A stretch of 63,151 nucleotides of DNA, the filler included, from Stramenopiles sp. TOSAG23-3 (taxonomy: Eukaryota), in NCBI GenBank assembly GCA_900128585.1. It is 6 parts of 6 records of this genome, joined end to end, with 100 filler letters (N's around TTAATTAATTAA, not from the genome) between each part and the next. Parts side by side here need not be neighbours in the genome. Positions count along the whole stretch, not along the records: positions 10,560 to 21,009 come from LT642815.1; positions 21,110 to 31,556 come from LT642816.1; 4 more parts are not named here. One strand, given 5' to 3'. A program made the position numbers and the translations under genes. This document shows, piece after piece, positions 10,560-21,419 of this stretch (positions within the stretch are counted from its first letter, which is position 1; each line of letters begins with the position of its first letter). The notes below the pieces were generated by a model. The model was not told where the DNA came from. It saw only the letters and a program-made list of their open reading frames with translations, and searched no databases.

Positions 10560-11030
10560 GCTGGAAAAAAAAAACACCGGCATGTCAAGAAGCCGAAGAA
10601 TCAAATTGTGAACATTATCCCTAATCGAAATCAGGCAAAAAAGAGGGGTGCTGGTACCTTAAAATTATACATACGAAGAAGCGGGGGCAGTAAACGTCTC
10701 TGCACTAAAATTTAGTGGGAGTGTCAACCAATTCTAAATTATGAAAAAGACTAAACAAAATAATATTTTTTAAATTGTGATGCTTCTTTTTTTAAAATTT
10801 ATTTGTCAGTTATTGTATTATTGGAATTATAAAAAATGCAAAAAAAGTAATAATAAATTTCTCGTGTTGTTTTGTTTTTGCCTTACTGTATAGCTGTATA
10901 TTAATACTACGGTACCGGTACAGGTACCAGGTACCAGGAACGGTATTTAGTTCATCATTTTAATTCGTAGTGCCAAACGATGTTTAAATTAGGGTTAATA
11001 TATACTCTACACATCACTTCCCCATCTTTA

Positions 11031-14000
11031 CTACTTCCGACCCTTGACTCGCCCCCCCGATTTCTTTGTTAATAAATTTTTCCCAAAATACTCGGCGACC
11101 ACTTTGAAGCCTTTCCCTTCTGTAGTAGCGGCGTGGCTCATTTCTCTAAAAAAGTCCTCGTGGTTTTGAACTTTGTTCTTAAGGGCAGTTTCCGTTTCCC
11201 AAACCCTACGGTGTTCTGGGCCTTTAATCGGGCACTCCAGCTCGCCGTCGGGGCCCACCGGCACGTTGTCGATGCTGTAACTGTTCCCTGTCATGAAATG
11301 AACGGTTGGGGCCTCCAGCGGGTGTTCAGTGAGGTCGCATTTGTTATTTTGTACGATTTTACCTTTGGTTTTCAGCACTTTAATCTTCTCCCTCAACGCA
11401 GCCGTGCTGGTCTTTAACCGTTTCTTCTCATTTGACAGTTCAGAGATCGTATCAATGGACACACTCAACTGGCTGGAAATGTAATCCTGGATTATGGACA
11501 TTGGGAGACTTTCGTTTTTCGACAAAATGTTTACGACGAGCAAAATCGGCAATGGCTTCGATGCGGACACGTACTTGAGGACTTGCAGGATGTAAGAATC
11601 GCACTCCGGCGAAGCTAAGCTCGCAAAATGGTTCAAGACCTTAACCCAGATCTGAGGGTTCCTACCCCCTAGTTTTCGGCACGAGCGCAAAATTGAGCGG
11701 TTGTCCCCTATGTCCATGTAGTGCTGCATCATCATGCCGTACATTTTCTTTTTTTCATACAAGTACAGAAGCGCCTCGTTGCAGCCTGCCTGCTGCACTT
11801 TAACAATGATATGTAGCGTGTCGTACTTGGCGTCGGGGTCTTGCAAAAGGGACATGGTCTCTTCGCGGACCAGCGATTTTGCTGCGGTGTCAGCCCCAGG
11901 CCTGCCCGCTGCGGACAGACCCGAGTCCTTCCTTTTCACCGCCGTGGGCGATGCAACCATTCGCTTCCGCGACAACTGCCGTTTCGCAATATCTTCTATG
12001 AGGCACAGCTCGATCAGCGTATTCCAGACAAACTTGCTATCCGACCCACTTTTTCGGCCCTCTTTGGCCGGGCCTACCACAACGTCCCACAAGAACATCT
12101 TCAAATAGTACGGGTGATCGATAAAAACCGATATGTACTCTTCCGGCTGAAGGCAGTAGATTGCTTCCTCTGGATCCTCCGACGCCATGCTCTGACTGTT
12201 CGGCAGGACCCGTGTGCACAAATCTTTCAGCAAGTCGGTGGTCTCTTCGGGGAGCTTCTCGAGCATCAACATACCATACAATTTCAATATTTTTCCTGCC
12301 GCGCGCACGGGTATCATACCAATGTAATTCAACGCTTTGCGCCAATCTTGAATGACCTCAAGCTGAATTTGAATGTACTCCTTGTATTTGTTGTGCTTTT
12401 CAGCCAGGAACAGGGCTTCTGCTGAATAATTGGCGGTGGAAAGAACGTCAATGGCCGCTCCTACATCAAAGTCCATGTTCGTAGACGATGAACTTCCTTT
12501 CTTCGTCGCTGAGGCCTTGGTATTGTCGTACCCGATGAAGCCCCTCAACTTTTCGTCCGCTTCCATTTTTGTGAAGCACTTCAGGAGCAGTGTCGTATGG
12601 TTCACGGACAAATCCGCCTCGGGGTGTTTGTGGTACGCTTCCAAGTACGACGCTAGGTTCCCAATGTGTTGTGAACCCAGAAATTTACGAATAACCCGAG
12701 AAGATTCTAAATACCCGATGGTTTCAATGTACTGCTGTGTGGCTTGATCAAAGTCCCCCTTACTGTACAGGTGGTCGGCCGATTGCATGTAAATAGCCCG
12801 GCTGTCTACCCCGGATCCCACAGCGATTTTCAATGCAATGCTGTACATATGCTTTTTATACAAAGCGTTTAATTTCTCCATCAGCGTTTTCTCCTCTAAC
12901 GAGTACAGCCGCCTGGTGGACGTGGTCAAAAACACGATTCCACCGGTGCTTACCAAATGCATAGCGGACCCGTCGGAAAGCAGCATCGCTTGAAGGATGA
13001 GGTCCTTGCTATACTCGGCCTTGACAGGGGAATTCCCTTGCACTCCAGAGCTGGGGCTTCTATTGGCACGCCTGCGGTTAGAGTTTCCCGAGCGAAGCGT
13101 CATCGTCAACGCAACAAATTTCGAATTAGTGTCGTAGACACTTAAACGGTGCAGACCGCGTTCTATTGAAACAAGACACGCATAGTGCTTGTACGAGTAA
13201 ATGCCCGCTTTCGGGCCATTCAGCGCGTAGCATCCACGGCTATCCTCGGCGTTGTACATGAAAATGCCGTCGTCGCGGCATACGATCAAAATGCCCGAAG
13301 CATTTACGCACGAGCACCCCGCCTCTCCACCAACAGAAGCCTCCAGGAGGTTCGACATGCTAAGACGGTTGGGCTTGGCCTTCCTGTCTCTTATATTCTG
13401 GTAAGATTTTATGGACGTTGCAGTCACTGCAAAGAGCACCACTTCCCGTTGCCAAGTGGCAGCGCCGGGTTCCCCGTGCAAATAAAGGCCGGTCAGGGCG
13501 CCGTGCCCATTATCGATAACCACGCGGTCAAAATTGTGTTTCCTAGATCCTTCAAAAGTCCCACGGTACAGGATAATTTTCCCGTCTGATAGCCCTACAG
13601 CAATCTGGGAGAGGTCGGGGAGCACATCGAACGACGTTACGTAGGCCCCGTCTTCGATTTTGTCCGCAACCCTCAGTTTTGGTGGGAAAATCTCGATTGC
13701 CGAGAGTTGCTTCAACCCTTCTTCAGCTGTTACCCGGAAAAACTTTATTTGCACTGCTCCGCTGTCGACCTGGGCCCCAGCGTCTAAGTCTGGTGGTGGT
13801 GGTGCCGCCGCATTGCCGCTCAACGCAGTTGCTTCCGTTATTTTCGCCGCAAACGCCTGCTGCGCCTCGTCCCTGACATCCCGGCTATTTCCCAGGGCAA
13901 CAAGTATCCGAGAGAAAGACCCATTTTCGAGTACCTCGTTTGCTGCGCTAGTAAAGTTCACGCCCTTACGAAAAGCCTGAACCGATCGTTTGCCCCCGGA

Positions 14001-14195
14001 ATTGAAAGCATCGAGCATATGCAATGAGCCCATGGAATCTCCATACACTAAAAACGACGGGTCGTCCACGGTCTGTTTCTCCCTGCTCTCCGGCCCCCAA
14101 CCAACGCACGTAGTGATATCCACTTGGCGCAAAGAGTCCGTGCAGGTTTTCTTCAGCTCCTTCTTGAAGAAGGTAAATCGCTTCCACTTCTGCAT
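11031..14195 (-). CDS. VPS11: Vacuolar protein sorting 11 (HOPS/CORVET subunit)
   Basis: N-terminal WKRFTFF and a beta-propeller region. LYSKGDFDQATQQYIETIGYLESSRVIRKFL and HTTLLLKCFTK. C-terminal PTVHF...ECP...VVAEYFGK. Confidence 0.93.
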   Translation of the reverse strand: MQKWKRFTFFKKELKKTCTDSLRQVDITTCVGWGPESREKQTVDDPSFLVYGDSMGSLHMLDAFNSGGKRSVQAFRKGVNFTSAANEVLENGSFSRILVALGNSRDVRDEAQQAFAAKITEATALSGNAAAPPPPDLDAGAQVDSGAVQIKFFRVTAEEGLKQLSAIEIFPPKLRVADKIEDGAYVTSFDVLPDLSQIAVGLSDGKIILYRGTFEGSRKHNFDRVVIDNGHGALTGLYLHGEPGAATWQREVVLFAVTATSIKSYQNIRDRKAKPNRLSMSNLLEASVGGEAGCSCVNASGILIVCRDDGIFMYNAEDSRGCYALNGPKAGIYSYKHYACLVSIERGLHRLSVYDTNSKFVALTMTLRSGNSNRRRANRSPSSGVQGNSPVKAEYSKDLILQAMLLSDGSAMHLVSTGGIVFLTTSTRRLYSLEEKTLMEKLNALYKKHMYSIALKIAVGSGVDSRAIYMQSADHLYSKGDFDQATQQYIETIGYLESSRVIRKFLGSQHIGNLASYLEAYHKHPEADLSVNHTTLLLKCFTKMEADEKLRGFIGYDNTKASATKKGSSSSTNMDFDVGAAIDVLSTANYSAEALFLAEKHNKYKEYIQIQLEVIQDWRKALNYIGMIPVRAAGKILKLYGMLMLEKLPEETTDLLKDLCTRVLPNSQSMASEDPEEAIYCLQPEEYISVFIDHPYYLKMFLWDVVVGPAKEGRKSGSDSKFVWNTLIELCLIEDIAKRQLSRKRMVASPTAVKRKDSGLSAAGRPGADTAAKSLVREETMSLLQDPDAKYDTLHIIVKVQQAGCNEALLYLYEKKKMYGMMMQHYMDIGDNRSILRSCRKLGGRNPQIWVKVLNHFASLASPECDSYILQVLKYVSASKPLPILLVVNILSKNESLPMSIIQDYISSQLSVSIDTISELSNEKKRLKTSTAALREKIKVLKTKGKIVQNNKCDLTEHPLEAPTVHFMTGNSYSIDNVPVGPDGELECPIKGPEHRRVWETETALKNKVQNHEDFFREMSHAATTEGKGFKVVAEYFGKNLLTKKSGGRVKGRK

Positions 14196-15135
14196 TTTGA
14201 AAAACTTTCCAAACCTGGCAAACGTTTGTAATCTATACTTATCTCACCATGCACAAAACGAAAATACAAAAAAGTAACTCGTGCAACGTAATGAATGAGA
14301 AAACCAACGGTTTGTATTTCTTTCTTTTGTTTCCATCCATCATTTTAGTTTTAACAACACACCTTCTTTTCTTTTTTTTTTTTTTTAAATGCAAAAATGC
14401 AACAACAAATTTTAATATTATAATATTTTCTTCTTCTATATTATTAATTATTTTACTTCATCTTATTATTCGTATTTATATTATTGATGATAATATTAAT
14501 ATGAAGCCAGCATCACCAACATCATCCTAGCCACAGGATTTCCTCGTTCACCTTCGGATATAATATGTACTTATAATTATGTTATTACTATATAATGTAT
14601 ATGATAAGTAATATTATTCTTAATTAATGTTATATAATTATTACAAGTAATATAAGTATAAAATATTTCAATGTTTTATATACAAACTGTGAAGTTCAAT
14701 GCTCTATCGATGCTAAAACATTCAGACCACACTAACCGTTATTTTGAGCGACACTTTTTCTATTTTTTTTTACGATTATTTTTTTAATTGAGGAAAGGAG
14801 TTTGAAAATTAATTGCCATCCTTACTCTGATCCTGTTGATTTTTTTTGAGTTATTTGTTACAAAAAAGCAGAGATCTTTGTATCGATTTGATATGGGTTG
14901 GTATATTGACAAAAATAAAATAAATTGTGATTTCTACATGGAATTCTGGTTGTTTTACCGAAATCAAAACAACAACAAAATACCAATTGAAAACAAACGG
15001 TTTGAATTTTGAATTCAAAGAACTATTCGATACGTCGCTTTTTGTGGCGGTGCGTATTTGTTGCATTCCTTATACGAGTAGAAGGGGGGGGATGTTGTGT
15101 TTCCAGATTAGGTGACATTTAAACGTAGAAACACA

Positions 15136-16200
15136 ATGAATTTTAAGAAAAGTCTCATTCTAAAAGTAACCTTTGCCTTGCCAATTAGGCGGCTGGGCCT
15201 AGAGCTAATCAAGAAAAAAAGGGGGGGGGTTATGGTAAAGCAGGTGTACGAAAATAGTCCCGCCCACAAGAAGAATGTTAAAAAGGGAATGTCGCTTTTA
15301 GATATCAACGGGGTATCCGTTGCAAATGAAAAACTTGGCGTAAGCGATGTTCAAAGGATCATCAAAGAGGCCATTGAAAATGAGGACTATAATCCGCAAA
15401 GCGTTTTGAAACTGACTTTTCAAAAGCAAATCAGGGCAATGTCGCCAAAGAGAAAGACGCTAGTGCTTCCCACTGTTTTTAGCTCGGAGGCGGATATTGG
15501 CGTGGAGCTCATAAATAAAAGGAGCGGCGGGGTTATTGTGAAACATGTTCATAGAGGATCGCCAGCAGAAAATCAGGGTGTAAAGCGTGGGATGTCCTTG
15601 GAAAAGATCGAAAGCACGCACGTGGGCAAGGAAAATGTAGAAAACGTGATGAACCGTGTCCAGAATCATCGAAAGAATAATAATGTTTTAAAATTAAAGT
15701 TCACGAGGGCATTGTCACAGAAACGTTTAAATGGGGCGAAAATAGAGGGGCTGAATCAGGGAAGAAAAATTCAAATCGTTTGCAAGTGCAACGAAACCTT
15801 GGGCATAGAGCTCCAGCCTAAAAAACGCGGAGGGTTGATTGTGAAACGGGTATTTGATAACTCGCCAGCAATAAAGGGTGGTGTTCGTCAAGGCATGACA
15901 CTGCTGTCTGTAAATGGGAAACGGCTGAAGGAAAGTGTTCCAGCGGACGCTCTGCTTCGATGGGTGGAACAAGAAAATAAATTGACAGAGAACACTCGGT
16001 TCGTGTTTAATAGACAGGTCGTTGTATTTGATGAGGAGAAAAAAAGGCTTGCACGAAAAAGGAAATTTGGAAATCGTGTAGATACAGATTCGCTTGCAGG
16101 CTCGGAGAAATTAAAATTCGACGTCTTAAAAAGCAGAAAAAATAAATTTATTGTCACGTACCATCAGATCACGCCCATAAAATTCAGACGTTTTTTCTGA
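15136..16200 (+). CDS. Three PDZ domains; probably the 5' segment of one frameshifted gene spanning ~15136-18930
   Basis: Three repeats of (L/I)G(L/V/I)EL...GG(V/L)(M/I)VK.V...SPA...V..GM(S/T)L. First ATG at 15136. Confidence 0.75.
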   Translation: MNFKKSLILKVTFALPIRRLGLELIKKKRGGVMVKQVYENSPAHKKNVKKGMSLLDINGVSVANEKLGVSDVQRIIKEAIENEDYNPQSVLKLTFQKQIRAMSPKRKTLVLPTVFSSEADIGVELINKRSGGVIVKHVHRGSPAENQGVKRGMSLEKIESTHVGKENVENVMNRVQNHRKNNNVLKLKFTRALSQKRLNGAKIEGLNQGRKIQIVCKCNETLGIELQPKKRGGLIVKRVFDNSPAIKGGVRQGMTLLSVNGKRLKESVPADALLRWVEQENKLTENTRFVFNRQVVVFDEEKKRLARKRKFGNRVDTDSLAGSEKLKFDVLKSRKNKFIVTYHQITPIKFRRFF

Positions 16201-17501
16201 AAATACTCTGCCGACGAAAACGTCTCCAAATGCTTAGTTTACGAAGAGCACTAGAAGACGAACGGGTTGCAGGACGAACACAGTACTTTGCTACCCTCCG
16301 TTATTTGATCGACGAGTTTATGCTAAAGCACTTGCAGAGTGAAAAGCGAGGTGTTATCGTCGAAATTTACAACACATATTGTAAAGCACCAGGGCAACTT
16401 CGGGGGGTAAACTTTAAAAAGATGATGGTAGGATGCAACAGACTGCAGATTAGGGGATTTCGTGCTCACGAACTTGACATTATATTCAGTAAATTCAAAC
16501 GGCGAAATATGGATTTTATGTCTTACAGTGATCACGGTTTCGGAGGCGGGTTTGTCAAGTGTTTGTTTCACATGGCAAACTTCCGATTTCCAAAATGTAC
16601 AGACTATCGAAACAGTAAAGGGGAACACGCACAGCTCTTGAAGTTTGTAAACGAATGTTTCCTTTCCTCTAAAGCTTTCAGAAGAATATCATCGAATGCA
16701 CAGCACGTTGCTGAATCTAACATGAAGAAAATAGCAATCAAGGTGCAGACAGCATTTCGTGGGTCTCCATCCTTTTTAGAAAGATTGAAAGTGCAAGCAA
16801 AATTAGAAAAAGAACGGGCAATTCGTATTAAACTGTGCAATGTCAGTGCTAGAATCATCCAAACCCATTTCCGAGGCTACTTGTGCCGGAAAAATCAAAA
16901 CTTGAAAATCCGCAACATTTTTACAAAGTACTCGTTCACAGAAATTGTGACGATTGACGACAATTATGGAAAGCTGGGTAATTTCTACTGTTCTGTAAAA
17001 TTCAGAGGGGAACATGTTGTGCTAAATCTTGGGCGGGAAAATTTTGGATTTACATCGACATCGTTTCCAAATTGTTTCAAGAATACAAGCGGTGGCCGTA
17101 ACGAGAAATTCATTCTTTCCAGTCTTAGGAAATGGTGCGAAGAAAATAAAGTGAGTCCAACATTTGTAAAAATGCCAATAGAGAAGACTACTTACGACAT
17201 AGGGTGCCGCAAACGTTTGTTTGATATTGCGAAGCAATATGATGTTCCATGCTATTCCATAACAGATCCTTCGCTCCATCCTCCTGCTGATCATCCTAAC
17301 CATTACCGAGTCAAGAGTGTATACTGGTTTGACAAAAGAACAAAAGCACGACTTTGGGTCAAACCTCCTATTTTAAAGTATATTGGAGATGTCCCAGCTG
17401 TTACTATCCCTGAAACGCGTAATAATTATAATCCAAAATGTTCATTTTGTATTAAATGGAGAATTCATGAGAAAGATAATGATCGTCAATTTCTGCTTTG
17501 A
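16146..17501 (+). CDS. IQ-motif / WW-like segment; middle part of the same gene
   Basis: The frame is open from 16146 and holds IQ-like KIQTFFLKILCRR upstream of ATG 16230. Further IQ motifs KVQTAFRG and IIQTHFRGYLCRK, and WW-like YWFDKRTKARLWVKPP. Confidence 0.7.
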   Translation: MYCHVPSDHAHKIQTFFLKILCRRKRLQMLSLRRALEDERVAGRTQYFATLRYLIDEFMLKHLQSEKRGVIVEIYNTYCKAPGQLRGVNFKKMMVGCNRLQIRGFRAHELDIIFSKFKRRNMDFMSYSDHGFGGGFVKCLFHMANFRFPKCTDYRNSKGEHAQLLKFVNECFLSSKAFRRISSNAQHVAESNMKKIAIKVQTAFRGSPSFLERLKVQAKLEKERAIRIKLCNVSARIIQTHFRGYLCRKNQNLKIRNIFTKYSFTEIVTIDDNYGKLGNFYCSVKFRGEHVVLNLGRENFGFTSTSFPNCFKNTSGGRNEKFILSSLRKWCEENKVSPTFVKMPIEKTTYDIGCRKRLFDIAKQYDVPCYSITDPSLHPPADHPNHYRVKSVYWFDKRTKARLWVKPPILKYIGDVPAVTIPETRNNYNPKCSFCIKWRIHEKDNDRQFLL

Positions 17502-18930
17502 AAAAGCGCACATGTTTTCGGGAAAAAAGCACAAGTACGAGCATTTGCAAACATGCGACGTGTGCCATTATCAAATTGGTACTAGGAAGTGCTTCGCATG
17601 TCCAGAGGCTCACCGGCTCCAGTGCGATACATGCTTCGCGGACTTGCATGAAAAAACTCGTGGTGTTATGTTGGACTTTCGACAATCGTTTCCAATCGGG
17701 GGGGCTCGATACGGGGATGGGGCGCACAAATGGGCAGCAATCGTTCTGCCTTGCGAAGAGTGTATGAAAGTTAGTGCCCAGTGGGAATGCGATATTTGCG
17801 GTGTATTTTGCCACACGTGCTTGAACAAAATTCACAGGACTGGAAATCGGTCACGGCATGCAGTTCAGTCAATCAGCTCGTATTATACGGTGGGGAAACA
17901 TCTTCGCAAAGAAGACCAAATTTCAAAGGCTCGAAAAGCAGAGAATGAAAAGAGGCTGTTGGCATTACGACAACTTCGAGAAAAGAAGATGAAGGAATGG
18001 GTGGCCTCAAAATTACAGGCTATTTGGCGTGCAAAACTAGAGCGGAGGAACCTGCACAAAATTCAAAAAGCGATACGAATGAAGAAGCGAAGAGAGTGGT
18101 CACGCGCGTTTAAGGAGCAAATGTTGAGAAATACAGCCACGTACAGGGTATTAAATGGAGCTGGAATGGCACCCATGTTGAAGTCAGACCCGCAAGCGGT
18201 CAAAAAGGTAAAGCACATGCAAGTTCTGGGGCAAAACTCTTTGGGTCAAATAATGAATGCGTCCGTTGCAAAGATACGAAGGGGGATGAAAGCAGATGTT
18301 TTGCTTCCTGGTGTAGTGGAAATCGCATATGAAACAAACGTTGCATGGACAAGCGAGGATTTAACCAGCCATTTGAAACATGGTGAAAGCATACGGATCG
18401 GAACGTGGACGACGAAAGTTGACTCGAAGGGCAGAATATTCAACTCAAAACGCCTTCCGTTGCATGATTTTTGGGACCGAAAGAATGCCGATTCTTTACC
18501 AATCTACCGCCTATTGTCTATTGGGGAGCTACGTGAAAAATACAATTATGTGAAAAAGACCGCGCCCCAAGAGCAAAAAGTGGAAGAGGTCATTGATGAT
18601 GGAGAAGCGAAGCGCAGAGCACAACTGTTGAAGGATGCCAAATACTTGGGTGAAACAAGTCTGTGGGAAGTTATCACGGACGATGAGACTGGAAACGTTT
18701 ATTACTTCAACAAGCTCTCTAAAGAGACACAGTGGGAAAAGCCAAAATGCATTGTCAAAGAGGAGGAAGAACGAGCTGAACAGTTGGCAAAAATCAAAAT
18801 GGNNNNNNNNNNNNNNNNNNNNNNNNNNNNNNNNNNNNNNNNNNNNNNCAAGATTCAGCGCGAGGAGGAAGAAGAGGAAAAGGCCAGAGAGGAGGCAAAC
18901 CTTGAGGCGATGTTAGCGCGTACGTCGTAG
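17383..18930 (+). CDS. B-box zinc fingers + IQ + WW domain; 3' part of the same gene
   Basis: CDVC...CFAC...CDTC...H and CEEC...CDIC.VFCHTC...H...H. IQ motif KLQAIWRAKLERR and WW domain WEVITDDETGNVYYFNKLSKETQWEKP. An internal N gap lies at 18803-18848. Confidence 0.75.
   Translation: MEMSQLLLSLKRVIIIIQNVHFVLNGEFMRKIMIVNFCFEKAHMFSGKKHKYEHLQTCDVCHYQIGTRKCFACPEAHRLQCDTCFADLHEKTRGVMLDFRQSFPIGGARYGDGAHKWAAIVLPCEECMKVSAQWECDICGVFCHTCLNKIHRTGNRSRHAVQSISSYYTVGKHLRKEDQISKARKAENEKRLLALRQLREKKMKEWVASKLQAIWRAKLERRNLHKIQKAIRMKKRREWSRAFKEQMLRNTATYRVLNGAGMAPMLKSDPQAVKKVKHMQVLGQNSLGQIMNASVAKIRRGMKADVLLPGVVEIAYETNVAWTSEDLTSHLKHGESIRIGTWTTKVDSKGRIFNSKRLPLHDFWDRKNADSLPIYRLLSIGELREKYNYVKKTAPQEQKVEEVIDDGEAKRRAQLLKDAKYLGETSLWEVITDDETGNVYYFNKLSKETQWEKPKCIVKEEEERAEQLAKIKMXXXXXXXXXXXXXXXXKIQREEEEEEKAREEANLEAMLARTS
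18803..18848. other. Internal scaffold gap (46 N), not a linker
   Basis: N run without the TTAATTAATTAA core, inside a low-complexity Glu/Lys-rich coding stretch. Confidence 0.95.
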
Positions 18931-19037
18931 ATAAGAGGATCGATTTTGTTTTCTTTTGTGTTGTTCTAAATATAATAATATACTCTATCTATGCTCACCC
19001 AGGTTAAATGTTCTCTCACAGTTTTATTTCTCTTCCA

Positions 19038-20727
19038 TCATTGTTTCTTCTTTGTATTATTGTATTCTGCTGCCAGCACATACTTTGCGATTTTCTCTGC
19101 TGCGTCAGTGGTTCCAATACGTTTAGCATTCTTTTGCATAGCTGCCAATTTTTTCCGATCACGGAGAACTTTTTGGATCTTATAGCCAAGCATTCTTGAA
19201 TCAGAAATTTTAAATCCAGCACCCTCTTCGAGGATCATATCGGCGTTTCTCATTTCTTGGCCAGGCAATGAGTGATACACTGCGATAGCGCAACCGCTCG
19301 CCAATGATTCTGCAGTCGTCAATCCACCAGGCTGCAAATTGTTTTGTTTGTATATATTATAAAATGAATGTTAGTAATCGAGGCGTTTCTGTAAATCCAG
19401 CGGGTTCACTTACTTTTGTGATTATCATGTCTGCGCACGCCAAGTACTCGTGCATCACTCTGGTAAAGCCTTCAAGTTTGACCTTGTGGTGAGAAGGTAC
19501 ATTTATCTTTCCTAGCTCTTTTCTTATATCGCCTTGTCTCCCACAAATTAGGGCAATTTGACAAGCCTCGTCCATGTTCAACAAAGCCTTATAGGTATCA
19601 AACACATCGTCCCCACCAGACATTAGCAATATAATAGGCAAGGATCCATCAAGTTCAAGATCTTTCAAGCACTTTTTTTTTGTTCGAACCGTCTTAAAGG
19701 CGGGTACAATTGGCATCCCAAAAGTCTTGATTGAGTTTTCCGAAATCCCCATCTGGACCAATGCGTGCCTGCACTCGTCCCGAGCCACGAAGAATTGTTC
19801 GCATGGAGTACAGGCCCAATACGCGTGAACGTCAAAATCGGTGACCGCGCAGACTTGGGGTACATTAAACGCTTTGACTTTTGTGCGAAGATGGGATATC
19901 ACTTTAAGGCCTAAAAAGTGGGTATTGATGATGATATCCGGTCGAAAGTCAAGCAAGTACTCCACAAAGGATAGCATAAACGCTTCTTCCAAAAGTGTTT
20001 GGATGTACCCATTGTCCGTCGCCATCGGAGCAGCCTCGTTGCTCTTTTCAAACATGAATCCAATAAAAGCTTGACCATAGTCTTTTGAGACGAGAGACAT
20101 AAATGCCTGTTTATAAACCGTTCGCAAAAACCACTCTTGCGTCTCAACAATGTCTAAAACGTTAACAACATAATCATCGCGTCCTGGGTCCACAGCAATT
20201 TTTGCTTTAATTTCTTCCTCGATTGCCTGCGCAGCCCGTTTATGGCCAGACCCAACGGAAGCGTGCACGATTAAAATCCGCTTTGGGGAAGCATTTCGTG
20301 CTCGCTGCTCGTTTATGTAGGTTGCATTTGTCATAGAACGGTATCGTTTTGCTTTGTAGCATATGATGACAATTTTGTAAAGAACAGCAGTTGCGTGGGC
20401 AAAGAGGTAGGCTAAAACGTGCCACAGCAGCGCCCACCACGCCGTGTCAGGGTAGAACTGTGCCGCTAACGGTACCTGCTTGGACGCCAAGACAACGTCC
20501 CGCTGTCTTATTAGTGCACTACAAATAAGTGTGAACAAGACGGACAAGACGGCCGCGACTGTATTTATTTGGTGCGTGTTATACACCTGGTGATGCAGAT
20601 GGAATATATCCACGTCCCCATTCCATACACTGTAACCAACGAAGAGTAAAACGACAAGACAAAAGCACATCGACGTGGAGTCAATAGCGTCTCCTGGCAG
20701 TCCGCTGAAGCCAAAATTAATTTCCAT
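19038..20727 (-). CDS. GT28 diacylglycerol glycosyltransferase (MGDG synthase/UgtP-like) with N-terminal TM helices; exons 20727-19414 and 19331-19038
   Basis: SVGSGHKRAA, DIIINTHF, VTDFDVHAYW, GMPI. Splicing restores ADMIITK|PGGLTTAESLA, followed by LPGQEMRNA. Confidence 0.88.
19332..19413 (-). other. Spliceosomal intron, 82 nt
   Basis: GTAAGT donor, TACTAAC branch point (gttagta at 19370-19376 on +) and TTGCAG acceptor. Removal restores the conserved TKPGG motif. Confidence 0.92.
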
Positions 20728-21009
20728 GGTGTAGTACACACAACCGAACAAGCACTTGCTCCCCCCCCCCCCCCACGTGATTTTTTATTTGCTTTTAAAA
20801 TAACACCAAGTTAGGACTTTTTTTCCGCGTTTCTTCTTTTTATTTCTTCTGCGTGTAATACTATTTGAAATACTTACTATATTAATATTTATAGAGGTGT
20901 AAATAATATTTTATTCATCATATCTTGGAACTTTGGATTAGGTATTGTAAAATTTTATTTTGTTCTTTTCACCACCACGAATTGCAAAAAACCGTTTGTG
21001 CTTACCCCC

Positions 21010-21109
21010 NNNNNNNNNNNNNNNNNNNNNNNNNNNNNNNNNNNNNNNNNNNNTTAATTAATTAANNNNNNNNNNNNNNNNNNNNNNNNNNNNNNNNNNN
21101 NNNNNNNNN
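21010..21109. other. Artificial scaffold linker
   Basis: 44 N + TTAATTAATTAA + 44 N. Confidence 0.98.
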
Positions 21110-21217
21110 CTTCTTCTTCTTCTTTCTTCTTCTTCTTCTTCTTTCTTCTTCTTCTTCTTCTTCTTCTTCTTCTTCTTCTTCTTCTTCTCTTCTTTTTTTT
21201 TTTTTTTTTTTTTTTTT
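21110..21217 (+). repeat. (CTT)n microsatellite plus poly-T at the scaffold start
   Basis: Directly visible simple repeat. Confidence 0.9.
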
Positions 21218-21419
21218 CGCAAAAAAAAAAAAAATAATCTTCTTCTCTCGTTAACCCACCACCATATTATCTGCAAACGATATTTTGTTTTAAAGTATCA
21301 GAGACAACATTACATGTTCGATGTACTAATAATTTTAGAGGGGTGGGGGGTAGAATTGGATGTGTTTGTAACGGTAAACTAAAACGGGTAAAAAATTGTA
21401 CATAGAACCCTAAATTGCC

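Noticed and set aside
10560-10715. Possible 3' end of a + strand gene at the scaffold start (KKHRHVKKP...LCTKI*)
   Set aside because: Too short and motif-free to support a call.
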